Program-made: the position numbers and the translations under genes
NCBI GenBank assembly: GCA_903902895.1
Contig: CAIUWO010000617.1
Location: 1-52,819, forward strand
DNA length: 52,819 nucleotides
Direction of reading: 5' to 3'
Origin: Candidatus Hydrogenedentota bacterium
GTDB lineage: Bacteria; Hydrogenedentota; Hydrogenedentia; Hydrogenedentales; CAITNO01
Part shown: piece after piece, positions 37,321 to 45,168 of the stretch
How positions within the stretch are numbered: the first letter of the stretch is position 1
Layout: each line of letters begins with the position of its first letter
The notes under the pieces: model-generated
What the model saw: only the letters and a program-made list of their open reading frames with translations
Database searches by the model: none
What the model was told of the DNA's origin: nothing

Positions 37321-37651
37321 GGGTTGTCTTTCCCCGCCACTTTTCCGACCGCGCCCCCGCGGCGCGGTGCATGGGGACCATGGTAATCACCCCCGACTCG
37401 GGGATCAACCAAACCCGGCAATGCTCAGCGATGTGAAATTCTGACCTTTTGCGCTGCCGCGCACCGGGCACGACCGGGAGCACCCGCCCGAGCACAAACA
37501 TTACCCAATTCATTCCCCAATGCCCCCGTTCGTACCCATCGGGCGGTCTGGCCGCGGCCAAGACAGTTCACACGCCATCGGAGCGAAGATTCTTGAGGAC
37601 GCGCCGCCGCGCAGTCTCCGGTGCTTTGCTGCAATTTTTGCGCGCCACTTG

Positions 37652-37861
37652 TCAGCGCAGGGCGAGCAGCACCAGGTTGTGGCAGAACACCGCGCAGCCC
37701 ACACCGGCGGCAAAATGCCTGTATCCCCTGAAAAGGCACCGGTCCGGCTTGAAAGTGCGTTTTAGCACCGGGATGGCTCCCCCGGCACCCGCGCGGAAAC
37801 GCTGGCCGTTCTGGATGGCGTGTGTGTGCTCGCGCTCTTCTTCGGCCTCGGTGCGCCGTCC
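37652..37861 (-). pseudogene. C-terminal remnant of a DDE transposase (IS5/ISNCY-like)
   Basis: Translation 'GRRTEAEEEREH...GQRFRAGAGGAIPVLKRTFKPDRCLFRGYRHFAAGVGCAVFCHNLVLLALR*' resembles the 'QRFRAGIEG.IS.LKR..G..RC...G...F...VG..V..HNL' transposase end, with the catalytic Glu lost. No start or N-terminus. Confidence 0.72.
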
Positions 37862-37867
37862 AATGAT

Positions 37868-37897
37868 TTGACTCGGGCACGCTGTCTCCGGTAATAT
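37868..37897 (+). promoter_or_regulatory. Sigma70 promoter of tRNA-Leu
   Basis: TTGACT-18 nt-TAATAT, 12 nt upstream of the tRNA. Confidence 0.7.
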
Positions 37898-37909
37898 CAC
37901 GTTGCCTTC

Positions 37910-37995
37910 GCCGGAGTGGTGGAATGGCAGACACGCACGGTTCAGGTCCGTGTGCTCGCAAGGGCGTGGAGGTTCAAGTCCTCTCTCCGGCACCA
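37910..37995 (+). tRNA. tRNA-Leu (anticodon CAG)
   Basis: Acceptor stem GCCGGAG/CTCCGGC plus ACCA; D loop GGAATGGCAGAC; anticodon arm CACGG-TTCAGGT-CCGTG; long variable arm; GGTTCAAGTCC T loop. Confidence 0.97.
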
Positions 37996-38007
37996 TTGAA
38001 AAAGAAC

Positions 38008-38044
38008 ACGGGCCGCTGATGGAAACATCAGCGGCCCGTTTCGC
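38008..38044. terminator. Terminator hairpin between tRNA-Leu and the convergent phosphatase gene
   Basis: ACGGGCCGCTGATG-GAAA-CATCAGCGGCCCGT, with A-rich 5' and T-rich 3' flanks. Confidence 0.85.
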
Positions 38045-38066
38045 ATTTATTGGGGGTGGGGTGCCG

Positions 38067-38999
38067 TCAACGCAACAGCGTGAGTCCCAGTCCGGCGGCA
38101 AAGCACAGCACGCCGAAGAGGAGCCAGCCGACCACACGGCCGGCGGAGATGTTCTTCTCGCGCATGCGTTCCCGGAACCGCAGCCAGGACAGGCGCCATG
38201 GGTCGGGGTCCACCACGGCCACAATCACCGTGATGTTGTCCTTGCCGCCGCCGGCCAGCGCCAGGTCGACCAGGCGCTTCGCCATGGCTTTGGCCGTGAC
38301 CGGGCGGGCCAGTTCGGCGGCGATTTCGGAATCGCGCACCATGTTCACCAGCCCGTCGGTGCACAGCAGCACCACGTCGCCGGGCGAAAGCAGCCAGCGG
38401 TAGGTGTCGACCTCCATCTCCGGGTGGGTGCCGATGCTGCGCGTGACCAGGTTCTTGCGCTTGTCCTTTTCCGCCTCATCGCGGGTCATCAGGCCCAGCT
38501 TGACCTGTTCATCGACCCACGAATGGTCTTCGGTGCGCGAAAGGATGACCCCGTCGCGCAGATGGTACGCGCGCGAATCGCCCACGTTGCCTATCCACGC
38601 CATGCGCGGCTCGACCAGCATGGACAGCAGCGTCGTGCCCATGGGCCGGCCGCTCTGCACCAGGTCGCAGTTTGTCTGAAAAATGCTGGCGTTGGCGCGG
38701 TTCATGGCCGCGCGTATTTGAGGCAGAAAACCGAGTGTGGCGGCATCGAGCACGACATCCACGTTCGGCGAATCGGGCTCCGGCGGATCCTCCTTGACCA
38801 GGTCCCGGAGAATGGAAACGGCAAGCTTTGACGCAATGTCACCGCCCGTGTGTCCGCCCAAGCCGTCCGCCACAACCAGAAACGCACCCTGCTTGAAAAG
38901 TTTCAGGCCGGGGGCGTCCTCGCCGAAGATGCCAAAACTGTCCTCGTTTTTTTCTTTTCTTCGGCCGATGTGTGTGATACCGGCCACATCCAACAGCAT
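38067..38999 (-). CDS. PP2C-family Ser/Thr protein phosphatase (Stp1/PrpC-like) with C-terminal TM
   Basis: Start ATG 38999 (AGGAGA RBS); 'NED', 'VADGLGGH', 'MGTT', 'VGDSRAY', 'LCTDGL' and 'GGKDNIT' motifs. Confidence 0.93.
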   Translation of the reverse strand: MLLDVAGITHIGRRKEKNEDSFGIFGEDAPGLKLFKQGAFLVVADGLGGHTGGDIASKLAVSILRDLVKEDPPEPDSPNVDVVLDAATLGFLPQIRAAMNRANASIFQTNCDLVQSGRPMGTTLLSMLVEPRMAWIGNVGDSRAYHLRDGVILSRTEDHSWVDEQVKLGLMTRDEAEKDKRKNLVTRSIGTHPEMEVDTYRWLLSPGDVVLLCTDGLVNMVRDSEIAAELARPVTAKAMAKRLVDLALAGGGKDNITVIVAVVDPDPWRLSWLRFRERMREKNISAGRVVGWLLFGVLCFAAGLGLTLLR

Positions 39000-39099
39000 G
39001 GCATTTCTCCTTTTCCAAGCCAGAGGATAGCAGACCCCGCCGCCGGGCGGCAAGGGCGGTCTCTTTCATGAAAACACCGGACCGCGCGGTAGCACCCAC

Positions 39100-39144
39100 T
39101 TGACAGCTACTGTAGTTACAGTATAAACTATGGTAAACACAGTA
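39100..39144 (+). promoter_or_regulatory. Promoter and putative BlaI-family operator pair
   Basis: TTGACA (39100), palindrome TACTGTA-GT-TACAGTA (39108-39123) abutting the -10 TATAAA/TAAACT, and a degenerate copy TATGGTAAACACAGTA 21 bp downstream. Confidence 0.75.
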
Positions 39145-39158
39145 TGGAGGCGCGCAAA

Positions 39159-39557
39159 ATGAAGGCAAAGCAACCGTCCAAACTGGAAATGGCGATTCTG
39201 AGCCGGCTTTGGGAGCAGGGCGGCATGACCGTGCGCGAGGTGATGGAGGCGCTGCCCGATGGCAAGCAGCGCGCCTACACCTCCGTGCTGTCCATCCTGC
39301 AGGCGATGGAGCGCAAGCGTCTGGCGCGCCATGAATGCCGCGGCAATGCGCATGTGTACCATGCGGTGGCGGTTCAGGACACCACGCTGGGCAGTGCGCT
39401 GCGCGACCTGGTGCGCGATGTCTTTGGCGGGTCACCCACGGCGGCGGTGCAGCGCCTGCTGCAGGACGGCGACGTGTCGGGGGCGGAACTGGACGAGGTG
39501 GAACGGCTCATTGCCGAACTGCGCGAAAAGCGGGGTGCCGCCGGGGAGGCAAAATAA
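39159..39557 (+). CDS. BlaI/MecI/CopY family transcriptional repressor
   Basis: 'LEMAILSRLWEQGGMTVREV...AYTSVLSILQAMERK...VFGGS' pattern; GGAGG RBS. Confidence 0.93.
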   Translation: MKAKQPSKLEMAILSRLWEQGGMTVREVMEALPDGKQRAYTSVLSILQAMERKRLARHECRGNAHVYHAVAVQDTTLGSALRDLVRDVFGGSPTAAVQRLLQDGDVSGAELDEVERLIAELREKRGAAGEAK

Positions 39558-42500
39558 TGCCGGGCTTGGCCGCACTGTCCCCAATGGCACTGGGCCATTT
39601 GGAAGCGGTCCTGCTGCACAGCCTTTGGCAGGGGCTGCTCATCAGTCTCGCTGTGTTTGTGCTGCTGCACCGCATCCCGGTGGGGCGGCCCAATCTGCGC
39701 TACGGGATGGCCGTGGCCGGGCTGTTCGGGCTGGTCCTGGCCGTGCTCGTCACCTGGTGCGCGCTGGTCTACATGGAAGGCGCGCGCGTGACGGGGACCG
39801 TGACCGGCATCACACAGGCGGCCACTTCGGCGACGGTGTTGCCGGCGGCGGACACCCCGCCCGCTGCAACGGTGACGCAGTCGCGGACTCCGTCCGCCAT
39901 CGTTCCGGCGCAGGTGCTGCTCTGGTGCTGGTTCGCCGGTGTCATGGTGATGCTGCTGCGCCTGTGCTGGCTGCTGCGCGGCGCGCGCAGCCTGTCGCGG
40001 CGCGCATTGCCCGTGGATGACCCGGTGGTCTGTGCATTGCGCGACGAGATGCGCGCCGCACTGCGTGTCTCACGGCGCGTGACGGTTCGCGCGGTCGAAG
40101 GGCTCGCCTCGCCCGTGGCCATGGGCCTGTTCTGGCCCGTCGTGCTGCTGCCCCTGGCCATGATTACCGGCCTGACGCCCGACCAGCTTCGTGTTGTGCT
40201 TGCCCACGAACTGGCCCACATCCGCCGCTACGATTATCTCGTCAACTTCCTGCAGCTCGTTGTCGAGGCGCTGCTCTACTTCAATCCGGCCGTGTGGTGG
40301 CTGAGCCGTCAGATCCGTATCGAGCGCGAGGCCTGCTGCGACGCGCTCGCCGCCAACCTCTCCGGCGGCCCCGAACCCTACGCCGTCGCGCTGGCCCAAG
40401 TGGCCCGCGCCTGTTTGTGGGGCACGGTCCTTCCCGCCCCGGCCCAGGCCTTTGGCGCGGAACAGCGCCCCGGCAGTCTGGCTGACCGCGTTCGCCGCCT
40501 GCTTCTGCCCGGCTACTGGCCCCGGCTCCGCCTGCGCGGACACAGTATCCTCCTGGGCCTGCTCCTGTCCGCCGCATTGCTGCTGGGCCTCTACCAAAGC
40601 TCCAAACTGGGCGTGGCCTTTGCCGGGTGGTGCTTCACCGACGCCCAGCGTGTGGAGGCGCTGAACGGGATTGACAAAGAACTGATTCCGCGTCCTTGGG
40701 ACCCGAGCGGGCAGCGGGAGCAGGTGAAGGTGTCGGGCCGACTGGTACTGCCCGAGGGCAAGACGCTGCCTGCGGAGGGGGTCAAGGTGGGTTCCACGTG
40801 CATCAACCGAAACTGCACCACTTGTTCGGGCGTCAGGCGGGAGGGCAGTGATTTCTACAGTGAGTTGCCCACCGGTGAAATCTATCTCCTTGCATGCGTG
40901 CCGGGGTACGCACCGAAAGGGGTGGGTCCGTTGCACAGAGACGCGGCACAGCCAATCGAAAACATAGAGATTGTTTTGGAACCATGCATACCGGCCACGA
41001 TTCGGTTTGTGGATGAGAATCACGCGCCTGTTGCGGGCGTGGCAGTGAGCGGGGGGTACCAGTTCCCCTCCTCGGTGAGCACGGTCAGTATCACCCGCAG
41101 TTCCGACGCGGATGGACGCGTCCAAATTGACCAGTCCGACAAGGCGCCGGTTCCCGTTTCGCTCACCGCCGAGGCGCCCGGTTTTGTCCGGGCATCAAGG
41201 AATGACCTGCCCCTGGCCATTGGCACCACCATTGAATGGGTGCTTCAGACCGACAAGCCGATAGAGGGTGTTGTCGTGGACAAGGCCGCCGACACTCCTG
41301 TGGAAGGGGCCGAGGTGGTGCTTTTGTCCAGCGGAGTGGCGAACCTTGTCGTGATGGGCGGGGACGACAAGGTGGTGGCCACCTCCAACGACCGGGGAAA
41401 GTTTGTTCTTCAGGGTTTTGAGAAGAACCAGGAGCATTACCTCTTGGTGCGCCGCGCGGGCTATGGCCCCGAGACAGTCCATATAAGCCAGTCCACCGAG
41501 TCCACGGTGAAAGTGTCGCTGGAGCCGCGGCGTGTACGGGGTGTCATTCGAGGGGACCTGAGCCTTCTGTATCGCAAGAAACCGGATGAACTTCCCGGTT
41601 GGACGAAAAGTCTTCCCCCGGCGGCGAAAATTCTCCTTCGTCACGGCATGGACCGGCTGAATGACACGCTGAACACAGGCACGCCCATGGTGTCCAGCGG
41701 TACGCTTGTGCAGGTGGGCGGGATGTATCAGACCGTTGCCCGCATGGACACGCCGGTTGCAGTCAAAGACGGCCTGGGAACTTTCGAGCTCGACGTTCTG
41801 CCGACAGGCTTGCTCCAAATTGCAGCCGGTCCCATGGTCAGACAAGTGGAATTGCGGGGAACGTCACAGGACGTGACGATTGACCTGATCAAGCCGGAAG
41901 AGTCTCCCCGGCGTCTTGTGAAGTTACATTTTTCCGTGCCTGACGGTGCGCCTGCAGCAGCCGGAACCGTAACGGTCAGCAGTAATGGAAAAGACAACAT
42001 CGCCGCCCAAACCGCCAAAGTGCCCATTGCCGACTCCTGGGGGGAACTGACGGTTCCCGTCCCCGGGAGCGTGACCGTTCAGGTGGACAACCTCGCGGGA
42101 TACCTGCCTAAACCGGAAGGACCCTTTTCTTCTTACGGCTCAACAGGCAACCGCAGCGAGATTCCTGCAGGCGCCGAACCCTTTGTGGTGGAAACGCCCC
42201 TCGAACGTGCAGGCGCCGTGCGTGGCGTGGTGCTGCACGCTGACGGAACGCCGGCGGCATCTGTTCGTGTTAGCGCGTGTGTGGTCATGTCGGAATGGGG
42301 GAAGGGCACCACGTACAATTCCCTTTCCAATATGGCCAATCAAACCACTGCGAAGGGCGAATTTGCCTGTATGCCCGCACCGCTCAATCAGACCATCGAG
42401 GTCACCGCCACGATGGACTGCGCCGCGCAGCGGACAAGCGTCAAACTCTCCGCGTGGAAACCCGTCGGCAACGTGGAACTGAAATTCGGAAAGAGCATTG

Positions 42501-43045
42501 ATGTTCCCGTGCTGGTGCTGGGGCCCGACGGCCTCCCGGCGCCCAATGTGCAGGTGCATTTGACCGGCCCCGTGGGGACCAGTCTGCCCACGGACTTGGG
42601 CGGGCGTTGCGTCTTCCACGGAGTGGACCCGGAGCAGAAATATGTGTTTCGCATTGAACCGGCCCTGCTTTACCAACGCGAAACGGCGCCCTTGACCCCG
42701 GACGGCACCGAGAATGTGCTGCGTTTAAGGGAAGGGCTGCGCCTTGCGGGGGAGACACGTTTCAGCGACACAGACAAACCCGCCGCCAACATCCGGCTTC
42801 GGGCATGTCTGGTGCCCGAAACAGCGCAGGCCGGTACCGACTTCTATTTCACCGACACCACCACGGACGACCAGGGGCGGTTTCTCTTTACCACTCTGAG
42901 TCCCGGCAAATTCCGGCTTGTCATTGGTTTTGACCAGTCCACTGACACGCTGGAATGCGGGTCAGACGAAGAACGCACCTTCACCGCCGGACAGGCCGCG
43001 CCCGCACTGATACGGGTGAAGCCGGTGGAACGGCAGGGTGGGTGA
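39557..43045 (+). CDS. BlaR1-like M56 metallopeptidase with large extracellular carboxypeptidase-regulatory-like (beta-sandwich) repeats
   Basis: TAATG-coupled to blaI; 'HSLWQG', 'HELAHIRRYD', 'YFNPAVWW', 'EREACCD'; repeated 'G.V....G.P.AG..V...T(D)..G.F' units. Confidence 0.92.
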   Translation: MPGLAALSPMALGHLEAVLLHSLWQGLLISLAVFVLLHRIPVGRPNLRYGMAVAGLFGLVLAVLVTWCALVYMEGARVTGTVTGITQAATSATVLPAADTPPAATVTQSRTPSAIVPAQVLLWCWFAGVMVMLLRLCWLLRGARSLSRRALPVDDPVVCALRDEMRAALRVSRRVTVRAVEGLASPVAMGLFWPVVLLPLAMITGLTPDQLRVVLAHELAHIRRYDYLVNFLQLVVEALLYFNPAVWWLSRQIRIEREACCDALAANLSGGPEPYAVALAQVARACLWGTVLPAPAQAFGAEQRPGSLADRVRRLLLPGYWPRLRLRGHSILLGLLLSAALLLGLYQSSKLGVAFAGWCFTDAQRVEALNGIDKELIPRPWDPSGQREQVKVSGRLVLPEGKTLPAEGVKVGSTCINRNCTTCSGVRREGSDFYSELPTGEIYLLACVPGYAPKGVGPLHRDAAQPIENIEIVLEPCIPATIRFVDENHAPVAGVAVSGGYQFPSSVSTVSITRSSDADGRVQIDQSDKAPVPVSLTAEAPGFVRASRNDLPLAIGTTIEWVLQTDKPIEGVVVDKAADTPVEGAEVVLLSSGVANLVVMGGDDKVVATSNDRGKFVLQGFEKNQEHYLLVRRAGYGPETVHISQSTESTVKVSLEPRRVRGVIRGDLSLLYRKKPDELPGWTKSLPPAAKILLRHGMDRLNDTLNTGTPMVSSGTLVQVGGMYQTVARMDTPVAVKDGLGTFELDVLPTGLLQIAAGPMVRQVELRGTSQDVTIDLIKPEESPRRLVKLHFSVPDGAPAAAGTVTVSSNGKDNIAAQTAKVPIADSWGELTVPVPGSVTVQVDNLAGYLPKPEGPFSSYGSTGNRSEIPAGAEPFVVETPLERAGAVRGVVLHADGTPAASVRVSACVVMSEWGKGTTYNSLSNMANQTTAKGEFACMPAPLNQTIEVTATMDCAAQRTSVKLSAWKPVGNVELKFGKSIDVPVLVLGPDGLPAPNVQVHLTGPVGTSLPTDLGGRCVFHGVDPEQKYVFRIEPALLYQRETAPLTPDGTENVLRLREGLRLAGETRFSDTDKPAANIRLRACLVPETAQAGTDFYFTDTTTDDQGRFLFTTLSPGKFRLVIGFDQSTDTLECGSDEERTFTAGQAAPALIRVKPVERQGG

Positions 43046-43147
43046 AATGCAGCTAAGCGAAATGCGACCCACCGCGATCTTCTGTCAGCCTTGATCGCCG
43101 GGGGGGAATGCCGAATGGCATTTGGTTGGGCGGGGAATGTACTGTGG

Positions 43148-43363
43148 CGCCCTTGCAGGGCTTCGGAACCAAAGACAACCTTTTTCCTGGGGCGTTGCCC
43201 CAGGCTATATCCTTGTGCGCCTTCGGCGCGTCCGAACCATGCGGAACTTCCGGGCGTCGGTGGTTGCGTCATCCTGCGCGCCGAAGGCGCGCAAGGCACC
43301 AGCCCGGGGCAACGCCCCGGGGAACCAAAGCTATGCGAAATCCCAGCACTGAAAGTGCGAAAC
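43148..43363. repeat. Transposase-free doublet of the TnpA-flanking hairpin arms (REPIN-like)
   Basis: Same three-hairpin arm as 16939-17024 and 17520-17604, present twice in inverted orientation (43148-43231 and 43277-43363). Confidence 0.88.
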
Positions 43364-43429
43364 AGCCGCGTTCGGCCATGAGCAGCCGCGATTCGTTCGG
43401 TACCCGTCCTCATCATTGGCCGCGCGTTG

Positions 43430-43636
43430 TCAAATGTCGAGTATCTCGTCGCGCTCAAAATGAAGCCGTACCACCTTGGGACAGTCCTCTTCGCCAAAGT
43501 GGCATTTCACTGCGTCGCGAACCCGCTCGTGCAACTCATTAACGGTGTCGGCTTCCGTGAAGATGGCCTCACTCAGTCCCCGTGCGATGAATCCGCCGTT
43601 TGGCGCATCTTCCACAAGGAACAGGAACTCAGTCAC
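43430..43636 (-). CDS. Small HicB-like (partial RNase H fold) antitoxin-type protein
   Basis: GTG 43636 with AAAGG RBS; 'FLVEDAPNGGFIARGLSEAIFTEADTVNELHERVRDAVKCHF' matches the HicB N-terminal pattern. Confidence 0.75.
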   Translation of the reverse strand: MTEFLFLVEDAPNGGFIARGLSEAIFTEADTVNELHERVRDAVKCHFGEEDCPKVVRLHFERDEILDI

Positions 43637-43666
43637 TGGATTACACCTTTCACGAATGTCCAAGTC

Positions 43667-44971
43667 CTACGCCGGGAATCCGTACGGCGCGCGCGGTTCG
43701 CGGCTCACAAACGCATTCGCCTCGTCGCTGTCGAATTTCTCCGCGACGGGGTCCCATTTCATGGGCTTGCCCAGCCAGCGGGCGATGTTGCCCAGGTGGC
43801 AGACGGTGCAGGAGCGGTGGCCGATTTCCACGTCCGCGACGGACAGTTCGCGGGAACGGATGCAGTCGCGCCAGTTGGCCATGTGCGTTTCGCTGCTGTC
43901 CGGTTTGTACTCTTTGCCGCCCATGATTTCCTTGGCCAGTTCGGGCGGGTTGGTCTTGAACTCGCCGCGCGCGGTGCTGATTTCGCCGCGTTCGCCGACA
44001 AACTTGCCGCCGCCGGCGTTGCCCCGGCCGTCAATGTGCAGCAGCACGCCGTTGGCATAGCGCATGTGGATCGGGGCCGTCAGCGCGCCGCCGTTGGCCC
44101 AGGCGCCCTCCTTGGCGATGGAAAAGCCGAAGCGCTCCGATTCGGGCGCGTCCATGTCGGCCCAGATTTCCACCGGCCCTGAGTTGTCCATGCCCAGCGC
44201 CCACTGAATCTGGTCGAGCCCGTGCGCGCCCCAGCCGGTCATTTCGCCGCCCGAATAGGGCCGGAACGAGATCCAGCCCAGCGGTCTGCCCTTGGCGTCA
44301 AGCCGATTCTCGGCGCGCGGCAGATACAGGTCCTTGTTGTAGGGGCGCGGCTGCGTCTGGCCGCACCACGCGTCCCAGTTGAGCCCTTCCGGCAGCGGCT
44401 CTTCCGGCAGGTCGCAATCCCACGGGCTGGGGTAGTTGGCCGAATGCACTTCTTTGATGGTGCCCAGGCCGCCCTCGCGGATGAATTTGCAGGAGAGGAT
44501 GTTGGGCAGGGTGGACCGCTGCTGGCTGCCCACCTGCACGATGCGCTTGTTCTTGCGCGCGGCCTCCACCATGAGCCGCCCCTCGCGGATGGTCAGGGTC
44601 ATGGGCTTTTCGACATACACGTCCTTGCCCGCGTTGCAGGCGTCAATGCAGGGCAGCGCGTGCCAGTGGTCCGGCGTGGCGATGACCACCGCGTCAATCG
44701 ACGGGTCCGCCAGCATCTCGCGGTATTCTGCGTACACCTTCCAGCCCTTGTCCTTGAACTTGGCCAGTCGTGCCGGATTCAGGTCCGCCGCCGCCACGCC
44801 CTCCATGTCGGACACTTTCCCGACCTCCCGAACGAGGTCCTGCGCGCGTCGGCCCACGCCGATGAATCCGACCTGGATGCGGTCATTGGCGCCAAAGGCG
44901 CTGCGGGGGATGAACATCGGCGCCGTGGCCAGTCCGGCGGCGGCAAGAAAACTGCGGCGGGTCATGGACAT
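43667..44971 (-). CDS. Tat-exported Gfo/Idh/MocA family oxidoreductase
   Basis: AGGAG RBS; TRRSFL; 'GANDRI.VGFIGVG', 'ATPDHWH', 'YVEKP', 'QVGSQQRS' and 'WGAHGLD' motifs. Confidence 0.93.
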   Translation of the reverse strand: MSMTRRSFLAAAGLATAPMFIPRSAFGANDRIQVGFIGVGRRAQDLVREVGKVSDMEGVAAADLNPARLAKFKDKGWKVYAEYREMLADPSIDAVVIATPDHWHALPCIDACNAGKDVYVEKPMTLTIREGRLMVEAARKNKRIVQVGSQQRSTLPNILSCKFIREGGLGTIKEVHSANYPSPWDCDLPEEPLPEGLNWDAWCGQTQPRPYNKDLYLPRAENRLDAKGRPLGWISFRPYSGGEMTGWGAHGLDQIQWALGMDNSGPVEIWADMDAPESERFGFSIAKEGAWANGGALTAPIHMRYANGVLLHIDGRGNAGGGKFVGERGEISTARGEFKTNPPELAKEIMGGKEYKPDSSETHMANWRDCIRSRELSVADVEIGHRSCTVCHLGNIARWLGKPMKWDPVAEKFDSDEANAFVSREPRAPYGFPA

Positions 44972-45168
44972 CATAAGTCTCCTGTTTGGGCTGCCAACAA
45001 GTTCCAACCGCTATTATACGGACCAGCCGGGACCGTTCAACATGGCGTAATCCCCCAACAAGTACACATTCTCCCCCCTTCTGCTCCTTTCTTCCGGAGA
45101 AAATGAACCACAGAGGTCACTGAGGGGCACAGAGGGAGGATGATAATGGCAGAGTTGGTGTCTGCAAT

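Noticed and set aside
37910-38066. tRNA-Leu as the attachment site of an integrated island
   Set aside because: No integrase follows, and I saw no duplicate of the tRNA 3' end in the window.
39159-43045. Beta-lactam resistance locus
   Set aside because: No penicillin-binding sensor domain and no beta-lactamase or PBP gene adjacent.
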